The position numbers were made by a program, and so were the translations under genes. The notes below the pieces were generated by a model. That model did no database searches and was not told the origin of the DNA. It saw only the letters and a program-made list of their open reading frames with translations. A DNA stretch of 64,000 nucleotides from Salinispira sp. GTDB taxonomy: Bacteria > Spirochaetota > Spirochaetia > DSM-27196 > Salinispiraceae. The stretch is from contig CBDDDG010000002.1 of NCBI GenBank assembly GCA_965226555.1, positions 64,001-128,000 on the forward strand, written 5' to 3'. Below, in pieces: positions 10,264-20,736 of the stretch (positions are counted from its first letter, which is position 1; each line of letters begins with the position of its first letter).

Positions 10264-11563
10264 ATGAAAAAATCATCCCACAGCACAGGCCACATCCACG
10301 ACATAGCCTTCAAGATCGCCTACTACAGAACCCCCCGTATGATTCCCGATCTGCTGCGGCTGTTCTGTGAGGATACAACACTTGCCAAGCTGGACCTGGG
10401 CAAAATCCGCATTGAAACCCCCAGCTACATTGCAGGAAAAAAGAACCTTCACTGCGATCTCGTTGTCAGCGCCCCCTTCCTGTCAGATCCCGAGCGGAAA
10501 GCTCTATTTATTACTGAAAATTTTGCTCCGCAAAATTTTCAAATGAGGATTCTCTCATCTATACTCTTGATTCTCTCACGGTATAGAAAGTTTTGCCTTG
10601 GAAAATTGTGCAAGCACAATTTCCAGTAGCAAAACTTTTGTATTGAACACAAAAGCTACCTGAATAAACATGCTCTCACACAGATTGATGACTATCAGCA
10701 TGCCCTCAGAAACAGCAATGTGTACAATGAAAATGATGCTATCTATATACTGCTGCTCTACCATGGAAAAAATGAATGGAACCTCCCACTCACATTTTAC
10801 AGTTCACATGGAAATGCTGCTTCCGAATCCCTTACCGAAGGCACAGTGGATGTCAGGGTAAAAGTGTCGTACATTGTGCGCGATCTGGGGCGAATGACAA
10901 AGAATCAATTGGCATGGCGTTTCGATGGAAAACGATATACATCGACTGCGTTGTGGTATATAATGCGAGATAATAAAATGGATGCTGAGGGGCTGAAAGA
11001 AATTGCGCAGCTCCTGAACGGTCTGTCTTCACAAGACTTTACTGATCTGGCAGAGAGTGTGCTGGGCTATCTAAAAGATCTGGGACTGTATGAACAGTTT
11101 GAGAAAATTAACAGGAAACTATATCCTAGACAAAGTTTTGCCACAGGCAAAACTTTCTACAAAATGGGAGAATGCCAAGCGCAACGATGCATGCCAAATT
11201 TGAAACTTTTGCTACTGGAAATTGTGCTCTGCACAATTTTCCAATGCAAAAGTTTCAGGAGGAGAAAACAGTATGCGGACATATAATATTACCAACGCCT
11301 TCGTCAGGGAAGGCATTGCGAAGGGCCGGATTGAGGGTCTTGAACAGGGTATGGAGAAAGGTATTCTGAAAGGAATGGAAAAGGGCATTCTGAAAGGCCG
11401 GGTTGAAGGTCTTGAGCAAGGACAAGCTGAGAACCAGCGTGAGATTGCACTCAGAATGCTCAGGAAGGGTCTGTCGATAGACCTTATTCATGAGTACACC
11501 GAGCTCAGCGGGGATGAAATTCGAGCATTTCAGAAAAACGCCCAAGAAAACGGTAAAAAATAG
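10264..11563 (+). pseudogene. Rpn subfamily B, copy 3, with two inserts; RpnS-like ORF 11273-11563 has a divergent tail
   Basis: Paralog of B1; inserts at 10513-10635 and 11131-11257; tail EIALRMLRKGLSIDLIHEYTELS. Confidence 0.8.
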
Positions 11564-11723
11564 CAGCACAGCCCGAACCTGCCTTGGATCAAACATTAAT
11601 ATCCGCACATTGCACTATCCCACATTCAATACCCGCATTACTGGACAATTACTGAAGCCTTTAGTATATTATATGCTTGTACATCACGTTACGTTCATGG
11701 AAAGTTTCTCATGTACTAATTAC

Positions 11724-11796
11724 GGCGCCGTACCCAAGTGGCTAAGGGAGAGGTCTGCAAAACCTTTATTCGCCGGTTCGATTCCGGCCGGCGCCT
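11724..11796 (+). tRNA. tRNA-Cys (GCA), CCA not encoded
   Basis: ggcgccg...cggcgcc acceptor stem, anticodon loop ctGCAaa, T-loop gttcgattc. Confidence 0.93.
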
Positions 11797-11846
11797 GTTC
11801 ACCTCCACGCCATTCGTCCACGCCCGATCGTGCGCGACAGCGTTGC

Positions 11847-12332
11847 TTAGGGTGCCAGCCCGCCCTGTTCCCGAAAACGATCTGCTGATCTTCTGAATTC
11901 AGGAAAGGGAATTGGAACAGCTCCGTCCAGAATAGTAGTGGTGATCTTTGCCCTGCAGACAATATCATCATTCCGGATAATTTCCTGATAAAATACATTT
12001 CTCAACCTGCCTTCCCATGCAAGCCGCAGTCCCACAAAAAAAATATCCCCGGACCTGAGGGCTTGAACATAGTCTATTTCGGCGCGGGTAACCACCGGAC
12101 GGATTCCCTTCTTGGTCAATTCCGCAAAATCGAACCCTATGGCCTTAAGGTACCCATGCCGACAATGCTCCAGATAATTCTGATATACCGCATTATTTAC
12201 AATACCCTGCATATCAAGCTCATAATCGCGAACCTCACAATTGAGCCTATAATCATATCCGTCTATTCTATCTGCCGCCACGCTGCCATCCGCCGCCATG
12301 CTGCCATTCGCCGCCGTTCCTCCCTCCGCCAT
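11847..12332 (-). CDS. Acyl-CoA thioesterase (YbgC/FadM hotdog family)
   Basis: VRDYELDMQGIVNNAVYQNYLEHCR motif. Confidence 0.85.
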   Translation of the reverse strand: MAEGGTAANGSMAADGSVAADRIDGYDYRLNCEVRDYELDMQGIVNNAVYQNYLEHCRHGYLKAIGFDFAELTKKGIRPVVTRAEIDYVQALRSGDIFFVGLRLAWEGRLRNVFYQEIIRNDDIVCRAKITTTILDGAVPIPFPEFRRSADRFREQGGLAP

Positions 12333-12930
12333 GCCTCTTCATCCACATGTCGAAGAAATACCAACTAATGCCCATAATGCCGTTTACCATAAATTCAGGA
12401 ACCTGCCCCTGAGCGATGAGCGGGATCGGCACAAGCTCAACATCAATGACCTCATTGGCATCGAGGTTGCGCACATTGTCGAAGCGTAGTTCCCGGGCAA
12501 GAAAGACATGAAGCTTATTTCCCATGAACGCAGCGTTGGGGCTCGCTGCCCCAATGTGCTCTATTGTGCCTGCCCGGAACCCCGTTTCCTCATGGAGTTC
12601 CCGCCGGGCAGCAGCCATATGCTCCTCGCCCGCATCAAGATAGCCGCCGGGAACTTCCAGCGAAATCTCATCGCAGCCATGGCGAAACTGCCGTACCAGA
12701 ACCAGACAATCCTCCCCCCTGCTATTCTCATGCACCGCGCATACATTTGCCCAATCGGCACAATCGAGCCGGAGAAAATTACCCTCTCTGCCATCATCTC
12801 TCGCATACCGAGCCGAAGATATATGAAAAAAGCTATTACGAAAAACCTCTTCCTGCTGCTTCCTCTCCCACGACAGGTGCTCCGTATCTCTCGGCACCCC
12901 ATAATCGTGCACATTAAACCCGCTATTCAC
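12268..12930 (-). CDS. NUDIX hydrolase (ADP-ribose pyrophosphatase-like)
   Basis: LVRQFR and Nudix box GYLDAGEEHMAAARRELHEETG; GTG 12930 follows AAGGAG. Confidence 0.85.
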   Translation of the reverse strand: MNSGFNVHDYGVPRDTEHLSWERKQQEEVFRNSFFHISSARYARDDGREGNFLRLDCADWANVCAVHENSRGEDCLVLVRQFRHGCDEISLEVPGGYLDAGEEHMAAARRELHEETGFRAGTIEHIGAASPNAAFMGNKLHVFLARELRFDNVRNLDANEVIDVELVPIPLIAQGQVPEFMVNGIMGISWYFFDMWMKRHGGGRNGGEWQHGGGWQRGGR

Positions 12931-12948
12931 GACTTTCTCCTTCGCTGA

Positions 12949-13002
12949 GAAACTTTTGCTACTGAAATTTTGCAGAGCGCAATTTCCATGAGCAAAACTT
13001 TC
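12949..13002. repeat. Nested palindrome (~54 bp) between the divergent NUDIX and ravA genes
   Basis: gaaacttttgct-actgaaattttgc-aga-gcgcaatttccatg-agcaaaactttc. Confidence 0.75.
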
Positions 13003-13022
13003 TGTTATGGTATATTGGAACC

Positions 13023-14600
13023 GTGTCATTATACCAACGAATCGATGTAATAGTAAGAACACTTCGCGCCGACCTCCATGAACGGGATGAGTCCCTACGC
13101 CTCACCATGCTCGCAGCCCTGTCGGCGCAGAGTATCTTCTTTCTCGGACCTCCGGGGGTAGCAAAATCCATGGTCGGCAGGCGAATTGCCGCTGCTTTCA
13201 GAGATGCGCGCTTTTTCGAATATCTCATGGGACGTTTCTCCACACCCGATGAATTGTTCGGACCGGTTTCCATTTCACGGCTCAGAAAAGATGACAGCTA
13301 CACACGGAATACCGAAGGTTTTCTCCCCACAGCCGATATTGTGTTCCTCGATGAAATATGGAAGGCCAGCCCGCCTATTCAGAATAGCCTGCTTTCCATT
13401 CTGAACGAGCGGATATTCAGAAACGGCGATGAGCTGCTGTCGGTTCCCCTGAAATGTTTTATTGGCGCCAGTAATGCGCTGACCCCCCACGATGATACAC
13501 GGGCATTCTGGGATCGTTTTCTCATTCGGGTGCATATGCGTCCCATTGAAAGCGCTGAACAATTTCAGGCCCTTCTTATTTCAGATGAGAAAGATATTCG
13601 CGTTTCCCATCCCATTGCTCATGATGAATGGTCGAACTGGAGAGAAAAAAGCAGCGCAATTGGTCTGAATAGGACGCTGCTGGAAATAATTGTTGACATT
13701 CGGGATGCCCTGAAAGAGCTTGACCATGAACAGTACTATGTTTCAGACCGCCGCTGGAAACAGATTGCTGAGTTGCTGCGCTGCTCGGCATTTTTTCATT
13801 CCCGGCGGGAAGCGGATATTGCAGACAGTTTCATTATTCCGTACTGCATCTGGAACGATCCAGATCATGATGTCCGTACTATTTTTCATGAAAAACTCAG
13901 AATGCGGGTATTTTCGAAATATATCGACCTCGGCGATCTGGAACTCGACATTGCCGCATTCACAAAGGACCTCACCCGAGCAACCCACATTGACGAAGAC
14001 GTATCTCTCCTTGAACCCCGAAAATACGATGGCGAATATCTGCGCTTCCTCCCCAAGCCCGATCCCGCTGTTGCCCCCGCAGCCGATCCCGCCGCTGCCT
14101 CCGATGGGCAGCCCGAACTCGACACAACGGAATACCGGGTCTGGGCAGAGGACCTTGAAAACCTCGATGCGCGATCCGAACTTGAGGTGTTTATGTACCG
14201 GAACGGCACCTTTGTTGAAATGACACTCTGCGCCATGAACTGGTCGAATAGGGAGAAGTGGGAACTTACTGGTTCTCTGGGAACGGGCCGCATTGAATGC
14301 GGGGAAACTGTTGCCAGAAAATCTGTTCCGGTACGCCTTAAAGAGAAGGAACGAAAACACTATGAGGAGACATTCCGCAGCCTTCTACGCAGAATTGAAC
14401 AGCACATTGTCAACTTCGACAGCCATGTTCAGGAATTGTATACGGCCATCAGAACTCATCTTTTTGTTCCTCAGGAGAACAATTCCGTACTTGAGCAGGC
14501 AGCAAAGCATACACGGGGAATTCTTGAGGAAAAACTTGCCGTTCTTCTTCTTGAAGGTAAAAAGCAGGGACTAAAAGCGCGGACTGAGAGCGGGGCCTGA
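13023..14600 (+). CDS. ravA: RavA-like MoxR AAA+ ATPase
   Basis: GPPGVAKS Walker A, FSTPDELFGP, FLDEIWKA, NSLLSILNER. Confidence 0.8.
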   Translation: MSLYQRIDVIVRTLRADLHERDESLRLTMLAALSAQSIFFLGPPGVAKSMVGRRIAAAFRDARFFEYLMGRFSTPDELFGPVSISRLRKDDSYTRNTEGFLPTADIVFLDEIWKASPPIQNSLLSILNERIFRNGDELLSVPLKCFIGASNALTPHDDTRAFWDRFLIRVHMRPIESAEQFQALLISDEKDIRVSHPIAHDEWSNWREKSSAIGLNRTLLEIIVDIRDALKELDHEQYYVSDRRWKQIAELLRCSAFFHSRREADIADSFIIPYCIWNDPDHDVRTIFHEKLRMRVFSKYIDLGDLELDIAAFTKDLTRATHIDEDVSLLEPRKYDGEYLRFLPKPDPAVAPAADPAAASDGQPELDTTEYRVWAEDLENLDARSELEVFMYRNGTFVEMTLCAMNWSNREKWELTGSLGTGRIECGETVARKSVPVRLKEKERKHYEETFRSLLRRIEQHIVNFDSHVQELYTAIRTHLFVPQENNSVLEQAAKHTRGILEEKLAVLLLEGKKQGLKARTESGA

Positions 14601-14603
14601 GCG

Positions 14604-16283
14604 ATGCATCATAATTGCCCCTTTTTTCACGATGAATCTCTTATGCCCGAAGACCTCAGAACGGCACTGGAGGAAGAACTGGAGCTTTTTTTTCTGGGAA
14701 AACGGGGAAGCGCTGGAGAATTGCAACACAACAGGCTGCCGGAAACATATCGCGGAAACAACGAACCGTATTGCGGCAGCAGCGCAGAACAGACGCCATC
14801 GCTTCCATTATCCCGAAACCGCGCCCTGAAAATGATGATCAGCAACATCAGTACACTGGCAGGCTCCGTGCGCCGCTGCACGGAAGGAAACATGGATGTG
14901 AGCAGGCGCATCGCTCACGATCTGGTTCAGCGTGTCGGTAATCTCTTCAACGATTCCAACGAGATACATGCTCTGCAGGCCTTGGAAGGTCTCCGTAAAA
15001 AAATGAGCAGCCGATCTCCTGTGCAATGCTATCATCTGACAAAGAGCATGGGTATAAGCGATTCCGATGGAGACATTATTTTCAGCATGCTTGAGGATGC
15101 CGCCGCTTCCGTTGATATCGCCGACACCGAGGATGCTGCCGCCCCCGACATCTCCCCAATATCAGCAAGACCTCCAACATCAGCAACATCAGCGCACATC
15201 CAACGGCAGTCCCTAGAGCATGCCATGGAACAAAACATCAGCCGCAATCTCAGCGCCTACGAGGCTGGGCTGTATCGATCCATAATACGGAGCAATCTCC
15301 CGCCAATTATCATTGAACTTCTGGAAAATGCCGCTCTGTTGAGTAAGGTTTCGGAAAACATGGAACATTACTTCGGCATAAACTCAGCAGGGTGGGATTA
15401 CACGCGAGGCGAGTGGCAGGAAATTCCCTGGGAAATTTTCAATGCCGGCAGGCAACTACTGGAAAATGATCCATCCATCATGCGTCTTGCTGAAATCCTC
15501 GGAAGGGGGAGCGGCGCAGGGCGGGCAGATACTGTCGAAATGCCCGATCAGAAAGAAACCGAACACATACATGAACAGGAATATCTCGGTAAGCGGGAAA
15601 TACTGGGAATTAATTTCGGGAACGATATTAACATTACCCTCCCGTCGCAATTCATGTTTTTTTTCGACTCAGATACCGAATACCGTTTCTACAAGGAACT
15701 CTTGGAAGGTCAACTTCTCGTTCTTCATTATCGGAATATGGAAACCCGGGAAAAGATCATATATAGGCCGAAAAAACAGAAAAAAACTCTCGGCCCCGTG
15801 ATCATTTGTCTCGATACAAGCGGCAGCATGAGCGGTTGGCCGGAAAGTGTCGCAAAGGCTCTCTGCCTTGCTCTCGTACATATCTGCAGGCGCATGCGGC
15901 GGGGGCTTTATCTTATTTTGTTTTCCACCGAGGTTCGGGAAATGGATTTGAGTAATATGGAAGAGAGTATTGGTGAATTTTCCCAATTCTTTCGCATGGA
16001 ATTTCGGGGCGGCACCGATCTCAGGCCGGCACTCAGGGCATCGTTACGGGTAATGCGGGAAAAAGATTTTGTTGATAGCGATCTTCTTATTATTTCCGAT
16101 TTTCGTGTTCCCAAGATCATGCTGGGAGATGATATTGTGTTTTCTGGAATTCGGGAACACAACCGCATCCACGCCCTTACCATAGGAAAACAGCCGATGG
16201 AAGATATTTTCAATATTTTTGACAGCTGCTGGCATTATCTCGTCTCGGCACAGGGACAGGCCATCGGCATGGGCGGAATTTAA
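14604..16283 (+). CDS. viaA: ViaA-like VWA domain protein
   Basis: GPVIICLDTSGSM MIDAS motif, GGTD, ISDF; directly downstream of ravA. Confidence 0.75.
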   Translation: MHHNCPFFHDESLMPEDLRTALEEELELFFLGKRGSAGELQHNRLPETYRGNNEPYCGSSAEQTPSLPLSRNRALKMMISNISTLAGSVRRCTEGNMDVSRRIAHDLVQRVGNLFNDSNEIHALQALEGLRKKMSSRSPVQCYHLTKSMGISDSDGDIIFSMLEDAAASVDIADTEDAAAPDISPISARPPTSATSAHIQRQSLEHAMEQNISRNLSAYEAGLYRSIIRSNLPPIIIELLENAALLSKVSENMEHYFGINSAGWDYTRGEWQEIPWEIFNAGRQLLENDPSIMRLAEILGRGSGAGRADTVEMPDQKETEHIHEQEYLGKREILGINFGNDINITLPSQFMFFFDSDTEYRFYKELLEGQLLVLHYRNMETREKIIYRPKKQKKTLGPVIICLDTSGSMSGWPESVAKALCLALVHICRRMRRGLYLILFSTEVREMDLSNMEESIGEFSQFFRMEFRGGTDLRPALRASLRVMREKDFVDSDLLIISDFRVPKIMLGDDIVFSGIREHNRIHALTIGKQPMEDIFNIFDSCWHYLVSAQGQAIGMGGI

Positions 16284-16317
16284 CGTTCCGATATGCGCGC
16301 AGGCCGAGCAGCGCCAA

Positions 16318-17406
16318 TTAGTGCGATCCGTTCCGCACTGTCCGCATTTCCTCATCGCTCAGCCCGGTAACATCCTGAATGTCATGGGCTGAAAATCCTT
16401 TGGAAAACATACTGCGGGCGTTTTTTCTCCGCTCCTCAATATGCCCCTCAGCGCGACCTGCCTGTAGCCCCTTCTGTAGCCCCTTCTGAAGTCCTTCTTC
16501 ACGACCTGTCTGCAATCCTGTCTGAAGTCCTTCTTCACGACCTGTCTGCAATCCTTCCTGCCGACCTGTCTGAAGTCCTTCCTGCCGACCCATTTCCGCA
16601 ATGCGCGCTTTGAATGTTTCCGCATTCATTCTGAACATTTTTGCTACCTCCTTACCTCTCGGTTCTTTTGTTCTTTCTAACTGGTTCATTAGCGTGTCAA
16701 AGTCTATAACAATTCCGAACATCGAATCTATCACGCCGATAAATTCCTCTATCAGCTCCAGCGATTCCTCATTCAGCATTTCTGCTATCGCTTTCTCCAC
16801 CTTCCGAATGTCCCAATCCGTATTCAGCAGATTTTTCGAGTACAGATCAAGGTACATAACAGCCGCAAACATTCTTCCCCGCTGCTGCAGCTGCTCCGCA
16901 GAATAATCGCTCTCGTTAATAAGATCGTAAGGAAAGGGAGCAAGATACTGCGGGAATTCCCGCGTGTTCCGCTCTCTGACATTCCCGGGCACCTTCCATT
17001 TTCTCGTACCATTATAGAACACAATGGGCAGAAATACCAATTCACAGTCATCGGGAATTGCTCCAGAGCGGTGAATGTTCCGATAGAGCAGATTCGTATA
17101 TTCCGACATGCGGAGGGGCATGTCTTTGTCCACTCCAGACTGATGCTCAAGGAGCACATAGATAGCAACATCTCCCGTGTGATCCTTCTGCGTTATTTTG
17201 CAGACAATGTCGGCCATCCGTGTTTTCGCATGGTCAATGAAAAAGGTACCGTTTTCGATGGTTATATCCTCGATTCGGAGTTTTTTCGTCCATGCGCCTC
17301 CGACAAAGCGTTGAAGAAATTGGAGCATTATTGCGGGTTGGAACAGCAGGGAGCGGTATCCTTGGTCGTAGGGAACGGGGGCGGGTTTTTCTTTGAAATC
17401 GATCAT
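16318..17406 (-). CDS. Rpn subfamily A, copy 3 (362 aa), with a subfamily-B type tail
   Basis: Paralog of 4614-5714; ends SMFSKGFSAHDIQDVTGLSDEE. Confidence 0.9.
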   Translation of the reverse strand: MIDFKEKPAPVPYDQGYRSLLFQPAIMLQFLQRFVGGAWTKKLRIEDITIENGTFFIDHAKTRMADIVCKITQKDHTGDVAIYVLLEHQSGVDKDMPLRMSEYTNLLYRNIHRSGAIPDDCELVFLPIVFYNGTRKWKVPGNVRERNTREFPQYLAPFPYDLINESDYSAEQLQQRGRMFAAVMYLDLYSKNLLNTDWDIRKVEKAIAEMLNEESLELIEEFIGVIDSMFGIVIDFDTLMNQLERTKEPRGKEVAKMFRMNAETFKARIAEMGRQEGLQTGRQEGLQTGREEGLQTGLQTGREEGLQKGLQKGLQAGRAEGHIEERRKNARSMFSKGFSAHDIQDVTGLSDEEMRTVRNGSH

Positions 17407-17421
17407 ACAATCCTCCTGAAC

Positions 17422-17475
17422 GAAAGTTTTGCTACTGGAAATTGTGCTTGCACAATTTTCCAATGCAAAAGTTTC
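17422..17475. repeat. Nested palindrome just upstream of the RpnA3 RBS
   Basis: gaaagttttgctactggaaattgtgc-tt-gcacaattttccaatgcaaaagtttc; same element at 26119-26172. Confidence 0.85.
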
Positions 17476-18044
17476 TGAACGTTTTTTTCTGAATAGGGGA
17501 GTTCCCATGGCGACATGGTCCCATGGTGAATTCTCCCTTATATATCTATAACGGGAGAAAAGTCATTTTTAACTATGTTTTTGAAAAGAATTTGAAAAAA
17601 GTTTGCAAAATGTGTGAATTTTTTTCAGGGAGTCGGGAATGGGGGCTGGTATGCTCTGTGTTGATGCTCTCCATGCTCCGCGCGAGGTCTTTGTTGAAGT
17701 ATGAATATATGAAGTTCCAGAATATCTGAGCATTCCTGAAAGCATATTTCCAACTTTTGTCATGTACCATATCGATATAATCTTTCCCCATACTATATAG
17801 ATGGGGTAAATATGAACGGTGAATGATACAATGAGAAATTTTTTCAAAAAGTTTCTATTATTTTGGGATATTGACCTGAGCCCATCGTCTCAGTAACAGG
17901 CGCATAGGCGAGCTATCGAAAAAAGGCAGGCACGGGGCTGCTCGGCGCTCCGCGCCTGCTCGCCCAAGCATCCGGGGAAAAATCCGCGCCTGCCTGAGTT
18001 GAATTGCCGCTTTTCATTAGCCACTGGGGGCTATGAAACTACTC

Positions 18045-20329
18045 CTAATACCATGATGGATAATTTGGTTGATCCCCACTATCGTCATTACTAGCCGGAT
18101 TCGCATCCAAACCGGAATCCAAAAACGTATCTGCTTTGCTTCCGGTGTATTGGCCAGCGGCATTGAGCGTCCCGGCAGCAGTCGACCAATGATCCTTCCA
18201 CTCCTCAAGATTTTGACTGAATGCACTTGCAGAATAGAACATAGAGCCCATATTCGTTACCTTACTGACATTCCATCCGGAAATATCGCCATTGAATGCG
18301 ATTGCTCCATTGAACATCCCCAACGTACTAATTACCGAACTGACAACCCAGCCGGAAATATCGCCATTGAATGCGATTGCTCCATTGAACAGGAAGTCCA
18401 TATTCGTTACCTTACTAACATCCCATCTGGAGAGATCCTGATTGAATACAGTTACTCTATCGAACATATTGCTCATATTCGTTACCGAACTGACAACCCA
18501 TCCGGAAATATCGCCATTGAATACATATGCTTGAGAGAACATCCCCGACATAATCGTTACCGAACTGACATCCCATATCGAGATGTCGCCATTGAAATAG
18601 TATTTTAGCGCGAACACCTCGTCCATATCCGTTACTGCCGTGGTAATAATGTAGTTGAGATCGGCAGTATTGCCCCAGGTTGATATCCCCGTATTTACCT
18701 TCAATTTCAGATCGGCAAGAATTTCTGCGGCATCACTACCAGCATCATCGGCATACTTATTATCTTCATCTTGAGGCCTCACGGTAACATAAAACTTTTT
18801 GGTAACCCGTGTATTCTCATCGGTTCCGTCTATGACAGATACATTGTATGTTCCTGCCGTTGTCGTTGCGGTAACCGTAATAACTCCGGTACTTGAGTCA
18901 ACTGTCGGAGGGGTAACCGATGTCCCTGAAGTAACCCCAGCCACAGTAACGCTTGGATTCTCCGCATTGGCAGCGGCGTCATCAATATCAGCCGAAAGAA
19001 TGACGGATGTTGTTGATGTACCAAAGGGAACCCGTGCCGCAAGCGGCAGCAATGTTCTCGTTGCGGATAATGACCAGTCGCCATCGCCCACCGCGTTGAC
19101 GGCGCGCACCTGCACATCGTAGGTGGTACCGTTTGTCAAGCTCGGGATGGTGTAGCTCGTACCACTGATAGGGTTGCCCGGGGCCGCCGTCCAAGTACTT
19201 CCGCTGTCTGAACTATACTGCACATCATACCCGGTAATGGGGCTGCCGCCGTTGTTGGGCGCTGTCCATGACGCGGTGATCTGGGCGTTTCCGGCTGTGA
19301 GCGTGGGAGCATTCGGCGCGCTGGGAACGGTAGCGGGGGTTGCGGTGCTAGTCGCTGGGTTGCCATTGCCCTCTGTATTGACAGCGTAGACCCGCACCTC
19401 GTACTCGGTGCCGTTTGTCAGGTTGGGGATGGGGTGGGTGTAGGTGTGGTTGGGGTCGGCATTCACAGCAATAGAAACAGGATTTCCCCACTCGCCTGCT
19501 CCAACTTCGTGATGTTGCAGTTCATAGCGAATAATAGCGCTGTTGCCAGTATCGGTCGGCGCTGTCCATGTTGCTGTAATTGTCGTATCGTCCGCTACGA
19601 GCGTAAACGCAGTCGGCGCCAAGGAAACGGTAATAGGGGTTGCTTCTGCGCTCGATTCCGACCATTCGCCTGCGCCCGCGCTGTTCCGTGCGCGCGCCTG
19701 TACGGTGTACGCGGTGCCGTTTGTCAGGCCAGTGATGATGGTCTCTGTGGCTGGCGCGTCGGCTGTAGTAATGTCCTCCGACCAGCTGCTCCCGCCGTCA
19801 TCGCTATGGCGAAGTTCATACGCGGTAATGTCGCTGCCGCCGCTTTTTTCCGGCGGAGTCCAGTTAACCGTTAGTTGAGCATTCCCCGCTTCAAGGCTTG
19901 GGGCGTCCATGGTGCCCGGCACGGTTGGTTCAGGTACATCTGAATTCTGCCGGGTATAGGCAGTGCCATCCAATGTTAAGGTATCTCCATCAATGGTATA
20001 CCCTACCGTTGCCCCATTACGGTTTTCCGCTCCTTCGACTCCCATACAATTACTGAGCGTAATTGAGTTTCCGTTATCCGTGTAATCACAGGTCAAACCC
20101 GAAACACGGTCTATGAACGTTGTCGCGGTGAATTCTATGGTATGAAACTCATTATCCGCGGTCCACACGCCTATTAGGGGAGATGTATCCATGTCCATGG
20201 GCACTGGTTCCGGTTTCGGCATTGGTTCCGGTTCCGGCATTGGACATCCGACAAGCAGCGCAATGAACATTGCACATAGGAGGAAGAGGGTTACCCCCCC
20301 CCCCCACTTTTCAATAACGTAGTTCGCAT
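18045..20329 (-). CDS. FN3 + BspA/DUF285 lipoprotein copy 2, frameshifted at a G12 tract in the signal peptide
   Basis: GAGGT RBS + ATG 20329 reads MRTTLLKSGGGG-stop; one extra G gives ...VTLFLLCAMFIALLVGC, continuous with ORF 20270-18045. Confidence 0.85.
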
Positions 20330-20601
20330 AATTTTACCTCATGCTAAAATAAGTATTAAAAACCTTTGAATAACTCCATTATATCTGCCGGCAGTCTTTT
20401 TTCCACGCAGAAAAAATTATTCATCAATTCCTAGTATTCAGCATACATCATTTTTCCACCCTTTGCATACTCAAAACCCTAAAATTCATTCTTTTTTTCA
20501 TCTTTTTTCAGTATTCCCCTCATTTCCGGCAGCAGTACCGCGGGCACAGCTATCCTGTTGTTATGCCGCAACCGCAGACAAAACTCTGTCATATTATGAA
20601 A

Positions 20602-20716
20602 TAACTTTGCATTGGAAAATTGCGCTTGCGCAATTTCCAGTAGCAAAACTTTAGTGTATATTCTTATTAGAAACTTTTGCTGCTGAAAATTGTGCTTTGC
20701 ACAATTTTCCATCAGC
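20602..20716. repeat. Two nested palindromes upstream of lpoB
   Basis: actttgcattggaaaattgcgc-tt-gcgcaatttccagtagcaaaacttt and aaacttttgctgctgaaaattgtgc-ttt-gcacaattttccatcagca. Confidence 0.75.
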
Positions 20717-20736
20717 ATTATACATATGGAGGCTAT

